Part shown: in pieces, positions 32,048 to 42,916 of the stretch
Numbering within the stretch: the first letter of the stretch is position 1
Layout: every line of letters begins with the position of its first letter
Source: an uncultured SAR86 cluster bacterium
Lineage (GTDB): Bacteria > Pseudomonadota > Gammaproteobacteria > Magnimaribacterales > D2472
Assembly: GCA_902628925.1 (NCBI GenBank)
Contig: CACOPA010000002.1
Coordinates: forward strand, 6,690-70,689
Length of the DNA stretch: 64,000 bases
Direction of reading: 5' to 3'
The notes under the pieces: model-generated
The model's database searches: none
What the model was told of the DNA's origin: nothing
What the model saw: only the letters and a program-made list of their open reading frames with translations
Position numbers and translations under genes: made by a program

Positions 32048-34857
32048 ATCATTTTCTTTAAGAAGCTTCCGGTATATGATTTTTTTATACTAGATATCTT
32101 TTTAGGTGTACCTTGTGCAATTACTTCTCCACCTTCGCTTCCACCCTCAGGCCCCATATCAATAATCCAGTCACAGTTTTTGACAACATCAAGGTTATGT
32201 TCAATAACTAAAACTGTGTTGCCTTGATCAGATAATCTTTTAAGCACTTGAAGCAAAAGATCTATATCTTGGAAATGGAGCCCAGTAGTTGGTTCATCAA
32301 GAATGAAAAGAGTTTTTCCAGTACTTCTTTTTGATAATTCTTTTGCAAGTTTTATCCTTTGTGCCTCTCCTCCAGAAAGCGTGGTTGCTGATTGACCCAG
32401 TGTAATGTAAGTGAGCCCAACATCAGCGAGGGTCTGGAGTTTTTTCTTTATGGGCGGAATTGCATCAAAGAACTCTAGTGCTTCCTCAACGGTCATTTTG
32501 AGTACTTCAGCTATATTTTTACCTTTATATTTAACCTCAAGTGTCTGGTCATTATATCTTTGGTTATTGCAGGTATCGCATGTAACGTATACATCAGCTA
32601 GGAAATGCATTTCAACTTTGATCATTCCATCTCCCTGACAAGTCTCGCACCTTCCACCTTTCACATTGAAGCTAAATCTACCTGGTTTATAGCCCCTTGA
32701 TCGTGCCTCTTCAGATTGTGAGAACAAATCTCGTATGTAAGAAAATAAGCCCGTATAGGTTGCAGGGTTTGATCTGGGAGTCCTTCCGATTGGAGCCTGA
32801 TCAATTGCTATTACTTTATCTAAATGTTCTAGTCCTTCTATCCCATCACATTTAATTTCTTTTCTTAACTTTGATTTATTCAAAATGAAGCTCGACATTG
32901 GCATCAGAGTTTGATTTATCAAAGATGATTTGCCTGATCCTGAAACTCCAGTAATACATGTAAAAACACCTATGGGAATATCTACATCAATATTTTTCAA
33001 ATTATTTTCATGCGCATTTTTTATAGTAATAAAAGAAGAAGGCTTTTTATTTGAAGCCGGAAAAGAAATCTTTCTTTTCCCACTGAGAAATTGACCAGTA
33101 AGAGACTTTTTATTCTTTTCAATCTCATCCACTGAGCCTTCAGCACAAACTGTTCCACCATGAATGCCTGCACCAGGACCAATATCAATTACATGATCAG
33201 CAGCTCTGATAGCCTCTTCGTCATGCTCAACAACAAGCACTGTATTACCAAGATACTTTAAGTTTTGTAGCGTTTTAATCAATCGAGCGTTATCTCTCTG
33301 ATGAAGCCCAATTGAAGGCTCATCAAGCACATAAGTAACACCTACAAGACCTGAACCTATTTGGCTGGCAAGTCTAATTCTCTGTGATTCTCCTCCAGAT
33401 AATGATTCAGCACTCCTATCAAGTGTTAAGTAATTCAAACCAACATCCAATAAAAAAGAAAGTCGATCATTAATTTCTTTTAGGATTTTTTCAGCAATTT
33501 TTTGTTGGGCGCCAGAAAGTGTAGTTTTGCTTATAAAGTCTAAAGCATCTGAAATTTTATAAGTTGTAATTTCACTAATTGATTTTTCATTTACAAATAC
33601 ATTACGAGATTCTTTCTTTAATCTTGACCCATTACAAGAATTGCAATGACTGTCACTAAGCAACTTTGCAAGCTCATTCTTTTGGTAGTCTGAGTCAGTT
33701 TCTCTAAATCTTCTTTCAGTATTTGGAAGCACGCCTTCAAATCTATGCTTTCTAACTATTTTGCTACCGCTTCTAAAGCGCTTTGAGAAATCAATTTTCT
33801 CCTTTGATCCGTTAAGAATAATGTCTTTAATTTCTTCGCTTAGCTCACTCCAAGGATCATTCAAACTAAATCCATAGAACTGACTTAAACACTTAAGCTG
33901 ATGATAGTAGAACCTATTCCTTTTATTCCATCCTTTTATGGCTCCGCTATTAATTGATAACTCCTTATCATTAATTATTTTCTTTTCATCAAAGTATTGA
34001 ATAACTCCCAATCCATCACATTTTTCACATGCCCCAAAAGGATTGTTAAACGAAAACATTCTAGGTTCTAATTCTGGAACCGAATACCCACATTTTGAGC
34101 ATGCAAAATTAGACGAGAATGAAACAATTTCATTATCATCAATAAATTCTATTTCCACAATTCCTTCTGAGAGATTTAATGCTGTCTCTAGTGATTCAGC
34201 TAGCCTCAATCTAAGATCGTCTTCATCTTTAAGTATCAATCTATCAACAACAGCACTTATGTTGTGTTTTTGGTTTTTATTAAGGCTTGGAAATTCTTCT
34301 AGCGGTAAAACTAAATCGTTAATTTTTGCTCTTACAAATCCCTCTTTTTTAAGATCTTCATAAACGCCTAAATGCTCACCTTTTTTTCCTCTGATTACCG
34401 GAGCAAGGACCATAACTTTTTTACCAATATTATTGGTTAATATTTCGTTACACATCTCAGTAATTGATTTAGATGCCAGCACTTCATTATGATCTGGACA
34501 AATAGGAGTACCAATCCTTGCAAAAAGCAAACGAAGATAATCATAGATTTCAGTAACGGTACCAACAGTTGACCTGGGGTTATGAGAGGTAGACTTCTGT
34601 TCTATTGATATAGCAGGCGATAAACCATCAATCTGATCAACATCAGGCTTTTCCATCATTGATAGAAACTGTCTTGCATAAGCAGACAGCGATTCCACAT
34701 AACGCCTTTGACCTTCAGCGTAAATTGTGTCAAATGCCAAAGAAGATTTACCTGAACCAGACAGGCCAGTGATGACCACCAACTTTTCTCTAGGAATATC
34801 AACCGAAATATTTTTTAGGTTATGTGTTCGCGCACCTTTTACAGAAATTTTCGTCAT
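32044..34857 (-). CDS. uvrA: excinuclease ABC subunit A
   Basis: 937 aa. Two ABC modules ([23 protein letters not shown]...), zinc-finger Cys clusters. Confidence 0.99.
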   Translation of the reverse strand: MTKISVKGARTHNLKNISVDIPREKLVVITGLSGSGKSSLAFDTIYAEGQRRYVESLSAYARQFLSMMEKPDVDQIDGLSPAISIEQKSTSHNPRSTVGTVTEIYDYLRLLFARIGTPICPDHNEVLASKSITEMCNEILTNNIGKKVMVLAPVIRGKKGEHLGVYEDLKKEGFVRAKINDLVLPLEEFPSLNKNQKHNISAVVDRLILKDEDDLRLRLAESLETALNLSEGIVEIEFIDDNEIVSFSSNFACSKCGYSVPELEPRMFSFNNPFGACEKCDGLGVIQYFDEKKIINDKELSINSGAIKGWNKRNRFYYHQLKCLSQFYGFSLNDPWSELSEEIKDIILNGSKEKIDFSKRFRSGSKIVRKHRFEGVLPNTERRFRETDSDYQKNELAKLLSDSHCNSCNGSRLKKESRNVFVNEKSISEITTYKISDALDFISKTTLSGAQQKIAEKILKEINDRLSFLLDVGLNYLTLDRSAESLSGGESQRIRLASQIGSGLVGVTYVLDEPSIGLHQRDNARLIKTLQNLKYLGNTVLVVEHDEEAIRAADHVIDIGPGAGIHGGTVCAEGSVDEIEKNKKSLTGQFLSGKRKISFPASNKKPSSFITIKNAHENNLKNIDVDIPIGVFTCITGVSGSGKSSLINQTLMPMSSFILNKSKLRKEIKCDGIEGLEHLDKVIAIDQAPIGRTPRSNPATYTGLFSYIRDLFSQSEEARSRGYKPGRFSFNVKGGRCETCQGDGMIKVEMHFLADVYVTCDTCNNQRYNDQTLEVKYKGKNIAEVLKMTVEEALEFFDAIPPIKKKLQTLADVGLTYITLGQSATTLSGGEAQRIKLAKELSKRSTGKTLFILDEPTTGLHFQDIDLLLQVLKRLSDQGNTVLVIEHNLDVVKNCDWIIDMGPEGGSEGGEVIAQGTPKKISSIKKSYTGSFLKKMI

Positions 34858-34923
34858 TTAATTAAAGATTCTTACTCAGAGAATTTTATTTCGAGTTAAA
34901 CTATAGAATTATACGAGGTAATT

Positions 34924-35361
34924 ATGAGTAGAGGAGTAAATAAAGTTATTTTAGTTGGAAATTTAGGTCAAAAACCTGAAATTAGATATACCAAAGATTC
35001 AAAACCAGTTGCATCATTTTCAATTGCTACTTCTGAATCATGGAAAGATAAAACTACAGGAGATATGGTGGAAAAGACAGAGTGGCACAACGTAACTTTT
35101 TTTGGACGTATTGCTGAGGTAGCAGAACAATATCTGGATAAAGGCTCTAAGGTATTTGTTGAAGGCAAGCTTCAGACTGATAAATGGGAAGATGAGAATG
35201 GAAATAAACGCTCAGCAACAAAAATAATTGGAAACAATATGCAAATGTTGGATTCCAAAGGGGCGAATAACTCGAGTTCATTTGATGAGAGTTCTTCAGT
35301 CCAAAATGAGGCTCCTGTTTCTCAAGAAGGCTCTTTCTCAGAAGAAGATATACCATTCTAA
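34924..35361 (+). CDS. ssb: single-stranded DNA-binding protein
   Basis: [22 protein letters not shown]-fold N-terminus and the acidic tip EEDIPF. Divergent from uvrA as in E. coli. Confidence 0.97.
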   Translation: MSRGVNKVILVGNLGQKPEIRYTKDSKPVASFSIATSESWKDKTTGDMVEKTEWHNVTFFGRIAEVAEQYLDKGSKVFVEGKLQTDKWEDENGNKRSATKIIGNNMQMLDSKGANNSSSFDESSSVQNEAPVSQEGSFSEEDIPF

Positions 35362-35364
35362 ATT

Positions 35365-36219
35365 TTGGACTTTAAACATATTTCATATGAGAGGGTAGAT
35401 AATATTGCCCTTATTACTCTTAACCGGCCAGAAAAGCTCAATGCATTTACTTTAAGAATGATGCATGAGCTTTGCAGTGCATTCGATCAGGTTGATGCTG
35501 ATGATCAAGTAAAGGCAGCACTAATAACAGGAGCTGGCAGAGCCTTTTGCGCGGGGGCAGACCTATCAAGCGGCGAAGATACTTTTGTAGATAAATTTGA
35601 CACTCAAGACTCTCATCCAGAAGACTATAATAAAGATGCTGGCGGCATACTTACCTTGCGAATGTTTAGATCTTTAAAACCAATAGTTACTGCGTGTAAT
35701 GGAGCATCAGTGGGTGTTGGAGCAACAATGCAGCTGGCTGCAGATATTCGACTTGCATCGACAAAGGCAAGATTTGGGTTTGTATTTTTGAATAGGGGTA
35801 TAGTAAACGATGCGAGCAGTTCATGGTTCCTTCCTAAAATTGTAGGAATTTCCAAGGCACTTGAGTTGTGTTACTCCGGCAGAATCATCGATGCTCAAGA
35901 AGCTAACAACATCGGCCTTGTTAGTCATATTTTCGAGCATGAAGAAATGCTTGATCAATCAATAGATTTTTGTAAGAACCTCACACAGGGTTCTGCTCCT
36001 GTTTCTGTGGCTCTAGCGAGAAGGCTCTTCTGGAGCTCTTTGGGAGATGATGGACCAGAAAGATCACATGAGCTCGAAAGTCAGTTCATTAGCTTAAGAG
36101 GGAAGTCTGGTGATGCTAAAGAAGGAGTGAAGTCATTCCTTGAAAAAAGGGATGCAGAGTTTCCAAATAAAGTTTCTAAAGACCTGCCAAATGATTTCGA
36201 AAATAAGATAGAAAATTAG
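35365..36219 (+). CDS. enoyl-CoA hydratase/isomerase (crotonase) family protein
   Basis: TTG start. ITLNRPEKLNAF and GAGRAFCAGADL crotonase motifs. Substrate unknown. Confidence 0.85.
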   Translation: MDFKHISYERVDNIALITLNRPEKLNAFTLRMMHELCSAFDQVDADDQVKAALITGAGRAFCAGADLSSGEDTFVDKFDTQDSHPEDYNKDAGGILTLRMFRSLKPIVTACNGASVGVGATMQLAADIRLASTKARFGFVFLNRGIVNDASSSWFLPKIVGISKALELCYSGRIIDAQEANNIGLVSHIFEHEEMLDQSIDFCKNLTQGSAPVSVALARRLFWSSLGDDGPERSHELESQFISLRGKSGDAKEGVKSFLEKRDAEFPNKVSKDLPNDFENKIEN

Positions 36220-36220
36220 A

Positions 36221-37429
36221 CTAATACTTACTAAAAACCAAGCAAGCGTTTGTTCCTCCAAAACCAAATGAATTACTCATTACAGTATTCAGAGTTTGAT
36301 TTATTGTTTCAGTAACAACATTCAATTCAGCTGCTTCATCTACCAACTCATTAATATTAATTGAAGGTGCAATAAAATTGTTCGTCATCATAATAAGTGA
36401 GTAGATCGCTTCTTGTGCACCAGTAGCACCTAATGAGTGTCCAGTCATGGACTTCGTAGATGAAATTTTTATTTCCTCACTTCCGAATACAGATTTAATG
36501 GCATCCAATTCAGCTATATCACCGACAGGCGTACTGGTTCCATGAGCATTAATATAATCAGGAGCTTTAGAAAGAGTTTTAATTGCATCTGACATACATC
36601 TTTCGGCCCCTTCACCTGAGGGAGCCACCATATCAAAACCATCAGAATTTGCAGAGTAGCCTGAAAGCTCTGCAATTATATTAGCTCCTCTCTGCTTAGC
36701 ATGATCTTCGCTTTCAAGAATTAGCATGCCTGATCCTCCAGCGATAACAAATCCATCTCTATTTTTATCAAAGGGTCTAGATGCAATCTCAGGAGAATCA
36801 TTGTATTTTGATGAAAGCGCACCCATTGCATCAAATAATGAAGAGGAGGTCCAATGATCATCTTCAGCTCCACCAGCGATAATCACATCCTGTTTATCCA
36901 TACTTATAAGCTCTGCAGCATGTCCAATACAATGTGCGCTTGTAGAGCATGCCGATGAAATTGAATAGTTAACTCCTTTAGTTTTTAATGCAGTTCCCAT
37001 GCATGCTGAGACAGTACTTCCCATGGTTTTCGTAACCGCATATGGACCAATCCTTTTTGGACTCTTCTCTCTTGCAACATCCGAGGCAATAATTTGAGCT
37101 TCTGGTGATGCTCCTCCTGATCCAGCTACTATTCCAACCCTAGCAGGATTAATCTCATCAAGATTTACGCCAGAGTGAGTTAAGGCTTCTTTTGCAGAAA
37201 GATAACCAAAAGCTGCAGCTTTGGACATAAATCTCATCAATTTTCTATCAATTAATTCGGCAAGATCAATATTTACAGACCCAGACACGTGACTTCTCAT
37301 TCCTAAATCAGAATATTCCTGATTGAACTTGATACCAGAAACCCCATTTAAGAGACTATCCTTCACCTTGTCTATGCCATTACCAATAGCGGAAAGAATA
37401 CCCATACCAGTAACTACAACTTTCTTCAT
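36221..37429 (-). CDS. fabB: 3-oxoacyl-ACP synthase I (KAS I)
   Basis: Collinear with E. coli FabB. SSACSTSAHCIG active-site Cys, HGTSTPVGD, GHSLGATG. Sits downstream of fabA. Confidence 0.95.
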   Translation of the reverse strand: MKKVVVTGMGILSAIGNGIDKVKDSLLNGVSGIKFNQEYSDLGMRSHVSGSVNIDLAELIDRKLMRFMSKAAAFGYLSAKEALTHSGVNLDEINPARVGIVAGSGGASPEAQIIASDVAREKSPKRIGPYAVTKTMGSTVSACMGTALKTKGVNYSISSACSTSAHCIGHAAELISMDKQDVIIAGGAEDDHWTSSSLFDAMGALSSKYNDSPEIASRPFDKNRDGFVIAGGSGMLILESEDHAKQRGANIIAELSGYSANSDGFDMVAPSGEGAERCMSDAIKTLSKAPDYINAHGTSTPVGDIAELDAIKSVFGSEEIKISSTKSMTGHSLGATGAQEAIYSLIMMTNNFIAPSININELVDEAAELNVVTETINQTLNTVMSNSFGFGGTNACLVFSKY

Positions 37430-37432
37430 TTT

Positions 37433-37954
37433 CTAAAATTCACTTGTATCTTTAAACAAACCAACCCTTAAACCTTTAGCACTGTAAACATGTTTCCCAT
37501 CTACAAACATATCACCATCACCAAAACCAACAACCGCTCCTCGATTGACAACTCTTTTCATATCAATCTTATACTCAACTAACTTTGCCTTCGGAGTTAC
37601 TTGACCAAAAAATTTAACCTTATCAACACCTAAAGCCCTTCCATAGCCTGGTAACTTTAGCCAGCATAAATAAAAACCCACCAATTGCCACATAGCATCC
37701 AAGCCAAGACATCCAGGCATGACTGGGTCTTCTTTAAAGTGACAGTCAAAAAACCATAATTCAGGATTTATATTTAAGTTCGCCTTTATATGACCATTTT
37801 CATAAACACCACCACTTTCGAATATACTTTCAATTTCATCAAACATAAGCATTTGATCTGAGGGAAGTCGCCCGTTTCCAATTCCAAATAACTCACCATC
37901 ACCACATGCGATGAGATCTTTTTTGGAATACTGATTTTGGGGAGAAAATTTCAT
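37433..37954 (-). CDS. fabA: 3-hydroxydecanoyl-ACP dehydratase/isomerase
   Basis: CHFKEDPVMPGCLGLDAMWQLVGFYL FabA signature. The ATG overlaps the ispB TGA (ATGA). Confidence 0.96.
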   Translation of the reverse strand: MKFSPQNQYSKKDLIACGDGELFGIGNGRLPSDQMLMFDEIESIFESGGVYENGHIKANLNINPELWFFDCHFKEDPVMPGCLGLDAMWQLVGFYLCWLKLPGYGRALGVDKVKFFGQVTPKAKLVEYKIDMKRVVNRGAVVGFGDGDMFVDGKHVYSAKGLRVGLFKDTSEF

Positions 37955-38922
37955 TTTGAACGTCCGTTCGCGAATTCCAATAATAACATCAATTCATTTT
38001 TTGCAGAATGAGAACTTAAATCCTTTACTGCAGAGTTGGCTTTTTTTGTCTCTCTGTTAATTAGTCTCAATGTTCTTCTTAAAGGATTTTTTTGAATAAT
38101 CTGATGTAGTTGACCAAAAGTTTTTTTCGATACCTTTTTTTTGCCAAAATACTTATCAAGTATTCTTTTATCTTCCTTGGACGCATCTTCCAAAATTTCT
38201 AAGTAGGGTAGAGTGACCTTTCCTTCAAGAAAATCTTTTAAACTTTCTTTTCCAATATTTTTATCAAGTTGATAATCTAATAAATCATCCTTTAGTTGAA
38301 ATACTATTCCCAAAATACGCCCATATTTTGCAAGCAAACTAATATTTTTTTTTGAATAACCACCAATAATACCTCCTGTAACTGATGCTGCTTCAAATAG
38401 CCTGCCGGTCTTTAGATAAGCGATTTTTAACAAAGACTTTTGACTAGGCATTATTTTTTTTGTGAATGAATCAAGCTGTAATATTTCACCCATTGAAATG
38501 TCATTCGTCGCAGAAGACAATTCCTTTAAGACAAAATTATTATTGAGAGAGACCATCAACATAAAGGCCTTTGAATAGATGTAATCTCCTATAAGGACAC
38601 TGTGCGAGTTTGACCATTTCTTATTAACAGTTTTAATTCCTCTTCTTAATTTAGCATCATCAACAACGTCGTCATGAACCAGGGTTGCCGTATGAAGAAG
38701 TTCAATAATTGATGCAAGTTTGACTCTTTTATTGGTGGAAATTTTTTTGTTTTTATTTCTTGAGCTGCTCAGCGCAATAAGAGCTCTAAGTTTTTTGCCT
38801 TCTGAGCTAAAAATATAATCGTATAAGCTGTTAACGCTTTTCTCATCAGCAACAGATTTAACAAGCATCTGCTTAACTTTATCAAGCTCTTTTTCTCTAG
38901 TTTTAGATAGAAGAAGTTTCAT
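37951..38922 (-). CDS. ispB: polyprenyl (octaprenyl-type) diphosphate synthase
   Basis: LLHTATLVHDDVVDD (first DDxxD) and FQLKDDLLD (second). Divergent from rplU as in E. coli and Pseudomonas. Confidence 0.9.
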   Translation of the reverse strand: MKLLLSKTREKELDKVKQMLVKSVADEKSVNSLYDYIFSSEGKKLRALIALSSSRNKNKKISTNKRVKLASIIELLHTATLVHDDVVDDAKLRRGIKTVNKKWSNSHSVLIGDYIYSKAFMLMVSLNNNFVLKELSSATNDISMGEILQLDSFTKKIMPSQKSLLKIAYLKTGRLFEAASVTGGIIGGYSKKNISLLAKYGRILGIVFQLKDDLLDYQLDKNIGKESLKDFLEGKVTLPYLEILEDASKEDKRILDKYFGKKKVSKKTFGQLHQIIQKNPLRRTLRLINRETKKANSAVKDLSSHSAKNELMLLLEFANGRSK

Positions 38923-38952
38923 AGAATGGTGGCATCAAATTATACATAACTA

Positions 38953-38981
38953 TTGATAAATTCAGCATAAAAGCGTATATT
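38953..38981 (+). promoter_or_regulatory. promoter candidate for rplU-rpmA-obg
   Basis: TTGATA (38953-38958), 17 nt, TATATT (38976-38981). Confidence 0.5.
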
Positions 38982-39011
38982 TTGCGACCACCTCTAATAG
39001 GTATTTTAAAA

Positions 39012-39326
39012 ATGTATGCAGTAGTAGAACTCAGCGGTAAACAGCATAAGGTTGAAGTTGACCAAACTCTAGATATTGACCTTCAAAAAGCAGAAAAAGG
39101 CTCAAAGATAACCTTTGACAATGTTTTGCTGCTTGCCGATGGTGATAATGTTCAGATTGGTCAACCTTATATAGAAAACGCTTCAGTAACTGCCGAGGTC
39201 ATGGATATCGTAAAGGGTGGAAAACTTTCTATATTAAGATTTAGAAGAAGAAAGCACAGCATGAGAAAGATTGGTCACAGACAAAAATTTACCAAGATCC
39301 AAATCAAAGAGATTAAGGCAGGTTAA
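39012..39326 (+). CDS. rplU: 50S ribosomal protein L21
   Basis: [15 protein letters not shown]-terminus at ATG 39012. The track start at 38982 adds 10 non-conserved residues. Confidence 0.96.
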   Translation: MYAVVELSGKQHKVEVDQTLDIDLQKAEKGSKITFDNVLLLADGDNVQIGQPYIENASVTAEVMDIVKGGKLSILRFRRRKHSMRKIGHRQKFTKIQIKEIKAG

Positions 39327-39328
39327 CT

Positions 39329-39586
39329 ATGGCACATAAAAAAGCAGGTGGTTCCAGTAAAAACGGTCGCGATTCCCAATCCAAGCGTTTAGGAGTAAAG
39401 CGTTTTGGTGGACAGTTTGTAAAATCAGGTGAGATCCTGATTAGACAAAGGGGTACCAATACTCATCCTGGAGAAAATGTTGGTATTGGCAAGGATCATA
39501 CTTTGTTTGCTACTTCTGAAGGCATAGTTTCTTTTACCTATAAAGGCCCAAAACAAAGAAAGACTGTTAACGTCACTCCTCAGTAA
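39329..39586 (+). CDS. rpmA: 50S ribosomal protein L27
   Basis: [24 protein letters not shown] signature. Confidence 0.99.
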   Translation: MAHKKAGGSSKNGRDSQSKRLGVKRFGGQFVKSGEILIRQRGTNTHPGENVGIGKDHTLFATSEGIVSFTYKGPKQRKTVNVTPQ

Positions 39587-39588
39587 AA

Positions 39589-40593
39589 ATGAACTTCATT
39601 GATGAGGCTCTGCTGGATGTCAGAGCCGGCAGTGGTGGCTCTGGGTGTCTTAGCTTTCGTCGTGAAAAATACATTCCCCGAGGTGGACCTGATGGCGGGG
39701 ATGGCGGTAAAGGCGGCAGCGTAATAATAAAAGTAGATCAAGGTATGAATACCTTGATTGACTATCAAAACAAAAAAGTTCTTGCAGCAAAAAATGGCAC
39801 ATCAGGTTCGGGTAGAAATAGGTCGGGCCAAGATGGCAAAAACCTTATTCTTTTGGTGCCCCTTGGTACAGTTATCATTGATGAATCCTCAAATACAATT
39901 ATTTACGATTGCTCAGATCCAAAAAAAGATTATCTAATAGCAAAGGGTGGTGACGGCGGTCTTGGCAATGCTCGTTTTAAGAGCTCAACTAATCAAGCGC
40001 CAAGAAAAATAACTCCTGGATATGATGGAGATTCAATTACGATTAGATTGGAATTACGATCTTTTGCTGATGTAGGGTTGGTTGGATTTCCAAATGCAGG
40101 AAAATCCACTTTCTTAAATTCTGTTTCTGCCGCCAAACCTAAAATAGGGGATTATCCATTCACTACTCTTAAACCAAATCTTGGGACGATCAAGTATTTT
40201 GATAAATCATATGTTATTGCAGATATACCTGGTTTAATTGAGGGCGCTTCAACTGGCTTAGGTCTTGGTGTTAAATTTTTAAAGCATATCTCAAGAACTA
40301 AAAGTCTGATTATTTTTTTAGATCCCGAAAATCCTGAAATCGAATTACTTGATCAATTTAAAATTCTTACCAAGGAACTTTTAGAGTTTGATAAAGAACT
40401 CATAGAAAAGAAAATTTGGATTGTGGTCAATAAAAATGATCTATTGGAAAAGAACGGAAGTGCTGAAATTAAATTATTGAAGAGTCGATTAAGTCATCTT
40501 GGCATTAAGTATCAGGATTTGCTATCCATTTCAGGATATACCAAAAATAATATTGAAGAGTTGTTCAACTCTTTATTTAATGAAAAAAATTAA
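39589..40593 (+). CDS. obg: GTPase Obg/CgtA (short form, no extended C-terminal domain)
   Basis: FIDEALLDVRAGSGGSGCLSFRREKYIPRGGPDGGDGG Obg fold, then the G domain GFPNAGKST. Confidence 0.96.
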   Translation: MNFIDEALLDVRAGSGGSGCLSFRREKYIPRGGPDGGDGGKGGSVIIKVDQGMNTLIDYQNKKVLAAKNGTSGSGRNRSGQDGKNLILLVPLGTVIIDESSNTIIYDCSDPKKDYLIAKGGDGGLGNARFKSSTNQAPRKITPGYDGDSITIRLELRSFADVGLVGFPNAGKSTFLNSVSAAKPKIGDYPFTTLKPNLGTIKYFDKSYVIADIPGLIEGASTGLGLGVKFLKHISRTKSLIIFLDPENPEIELLDQFKILTKELLEFDKELIEKKIWIVVNKNDLLEKNGSAEIKLLKSRLSHLGIKYQDLLSISGYTKNNIEELFNSLFNEKN

Positions 40594-40594
40594 A

Positions 40595-40855
40595 TTATAT
40601 CGATTGGACTGCTTTAACTAATCTACTTTTTGTTCTAGCAGCAGCATTTTTATGAATGACTTTCTTTGATGCAGTCGAATCTAACACTTTTTCAGCTTCT
40701 TTAAGTAGGCTGGATGCAAGTTCTTTGTCATTTTGAAGGATGGCATTTCTAACAGCTTTGACAGCAGTTCTAGCACGGGCTCTTTGCGCATGCTTAAGTT
40801 TATATCTAGCATCGTTTTGCCGCGCTCTTTTTAAAGATTGTTTTGTATTAGCCAT
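40595..40855 (-). CDS. rpsT: 30S ribosomal protein S20
   Basis: MANTKQSLKRARQ N-terminus, Arg/Lys/Ala-rich, 86 aa. Confidence 0.96.
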   Translation of the reverse strand: MANTKQSLKRARQNDARYKLKHAQRARARTAVKAVRNAILQNDKELASSLLKEAEKVLDSTASKKVIHKNAAARTKSRLVKAVQSI

Positions 40856-40941
40856 AAAATGAATCGCTAGTTTAATGATGATGATTCATGATGTCTAGAA
40901 AAAAAAGCAGTTATTTTTTTGTTCTTATCTTGTTTAAAAAT

Positions 40942-40965
40942 ATATGTAAAGTAAACTTTACATAT
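40942..40965. repeat. perfect 10-bp inverted repeat with a 4-nt spacer overlapping the S9 peptidase start codon
   Basis: ATATGTAAAG (40942-40951), TAAA, CTTTACATAT (40956-40965). The ATG lies at 40964-40966. Confidence 0.9.
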
Positions 40966-42913
40966 GAAAAAGTTACTTATTTTATTATTAACACTACAAA
41001 CAACAGCAGTTTATGCAGGTGAAATTGATACAGACTTTGTTAAAAGATTTAGTACTCTTCCTACATATAGCAATGCTCAGATATCTCCTGATGGAAAGAT
41101 TATAAGTGTTGTATTTAAGAAAAATGAAAAAAATGCTTTAGCTTTCTTTAAAGCAAGTGATTTTAGTTTAATAGATGTTTTGCAATTTAAAGAAGAGGAT
41201 GAACAGGTTGGCTCATATGCTTGGGCAAGCAATAAGCGTGTTGTTATTAGTATTAATTACAAACTTGGTGCACTAGAGTCACCAATTTCTCGTGGAGAAT
41301 TATTTTCCGTAAATTTCGATCTTTCAAAGCCCAGTTACATTTATGGAATAAGAAGGGAGACTAGCTCGAGTAAGAAAACTATTGTTGATAAGTTTTCTGC
41401 TGCTTATCTTATAGATCCTCTTATTGAAGACCCAAATCATGTGCTGGTTGCAGCTGCCCCTTTTGGTCAAAGAACCAAGATGACAATACTTAGATTAAAT
41501 ATATTTAATGGAGGCCAAAAATCATATGGAAAGGCACCTCCAGGTGCAATGGGTGTTCTAACAGATAGCGAACATGAGCCCAGATTTGCCGTTGGAACCA
41601 CCAAAGACGAAATCATTACATATGTAAAAGACGTTAAAAAAAATAAATGGAATGAACTAACTAGGAGCAAGTATCTAGGAGGCGGTAAAATTTCTCCTGT
41701 TACATTTACAGAGGATGACTCTTCAGTAATTGTTTTAGATGATACAAATAGTTCTACCGCAAAAATTAAAGCTATTAACTTAGATGATTCAACTGAAGAG
41801 GTACTATTCCATCATCCTAAATATGATCCGTATCCACAACTTATTGATAGGAAACTTATTGCTGTAGGTGTAGGTCCTGACTATTCACATGCCTACTGGT
41901 TGGATGATGGTATTGAGGCACAAGTTGCTAATCAATTAGTGCGTGCATTCAATGATGGTAATGACAAAATATTCGATAAAGCTAATGTTCGTGTTACATC
42001 TATGTCAAAAGACAGAAATAAGGCTATTGTTCGTGTTGAAGATGACAGATCTTCACCGAGGTATTGGTTATTTGATAGAGAAAATAATCGCTTGGTAGAT
42101 TTTCTAGTGGTTTGGCCAGAAATCGAAGAAACTGACTTAAGTCAAACCAAACCATTCAAGTTTACGAATTCAGATGGAGTTACACTGCATGGCTATTTCA
42201 CTGAAGCAAATAATTTCACTGGAGAGAAGCCACCCTTAATAGTCTTACCGCACGGTGGACCTATTGGACCAAGGGACTTTTGGGGTTTTGATCCTGATGT
42301 TCAGATACTTTCAAACGCTGGATATTCAGTTATGAAAATAAATTATCGTGGTTCAGGAGGGTATGGTAGAGATTTCTTAAAAGCAGGAATGGGAGAGCCA
42401 GGCCGCTTAATTCAAAAGGATATAATCGAAGCTACGGAGTGGATTATTAAACAAGGTTGGGTTGATGAAAATAGAGTTGGTATTTATGGAGCTAGCTTTG
42501 GAGGATATTCTGCAGTTCAAGCGCCAATCTTGAGACCAGATCTCTTTAAGGTTGGTGTCTCACTGGTAGGACTTTTTGACTTAAATATGGATTTCAGAGA
42601 GGGTGATTGTCAAGCTGATTATGGTTGTAAAAATATCTTGAATGCCCAGTGGGGCAGCAGTCCAGCAGAGAGAGCAAAGATGTCTCCTGTAAATTATATT
42701 GAAAAACTCAATGCTCCAGTACTGATAGTTGGAGGAGAGGAAGATAATAGATGTCCCCCCGAGCAGCAATATGCTCTTGAGAATGCGCTAAAAAAACACA
42801 ATAAAGAGTATAAATTAATAATGGTTCCCAAAGAGGGCCATGGTTTTATAAATCCTGAAAATAGATTTATGTTTTACAGGGAGATGTTAGAGCACTTCAA
42901 TAAGTACCTATAA
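40964..42913 (+). CDS. S9-family serine peptidase (prolyl oligopeptidase / dipeptidyl aminopeptidase type), secreted
   Basis: Signal peptide MKKLLILLLTLQTTAVYA. C-terminal alpha/beta hydrolase with nucleophile elbow GASFGGY and EGHGF. Long N-terminal propeller-like region. Confidence 0.85.
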   Translation: MKKLLILLLTLQTTAVYAGEIDTDFVKRFSTLPTYSNAQISPDGKIISVVFKKNEKNALAFFKASDFSLIDVLQFKEEDEQVGSYAWASNKRVVISINYKLGALESPISRGELFSVNFDLSKPSYIYGIRRETSSSKKTIVDKFSAAYLIDPLIEDPNHVLVAAAPFGQRTKMTILRLNIFNGGQKSYGKAPPGAMGVLTDSEHEPRFAVGTTKDEIITYVKDVKKNKWNELTRSKYLGGGKISPVTFTEDDSSVIVLDDTNSSTAKIKAINLDDSTEEVLFHHPKYDPYPQLIDRKLIAVGVGPDYSHAYWLDDGIEAQVANQLVRAFNDGNDKIFDKANVRVTSMSKDRNKAIVRVEDDRSSPRYWLFDRENNRLVDFLVVWPEIEETDLSQTKPFKFTNSDGVTLHGYFTEANNFTGEKPPLIVLPHGGPIGPRDFWGFDPDVQILSNAGYSVMKINYRGSGGYGRDFLKAGMGEPGRLIQKDIIEATEWIIKQGWVDENRVGIYGASFGGYSAVQAPILRPDLFKVGVSLVGLFDLNMDFREGDCQADYGCKNILNAQWGSSPAERAKMSPVNYIEKLNAPVLIVGGEEDNRCPPEQQYALENALKKHNKEYKLIMVPKEGHGFINPENRFMFYREMLEHFNKYL

Positions 42914-42916
42914 AAT

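Noticed and set aside
40873-40895. AATGATGATGATTCATGATG in the rpsT/peptidase spacer resembling a Fur box
   Set aside because: It matches only about 12 of 19 consensus positions by eye. (ATGAT)n-like strings are expected in AT-rich DNA, and it lies in the rpsT 5' UTR, where iron control is implausible.
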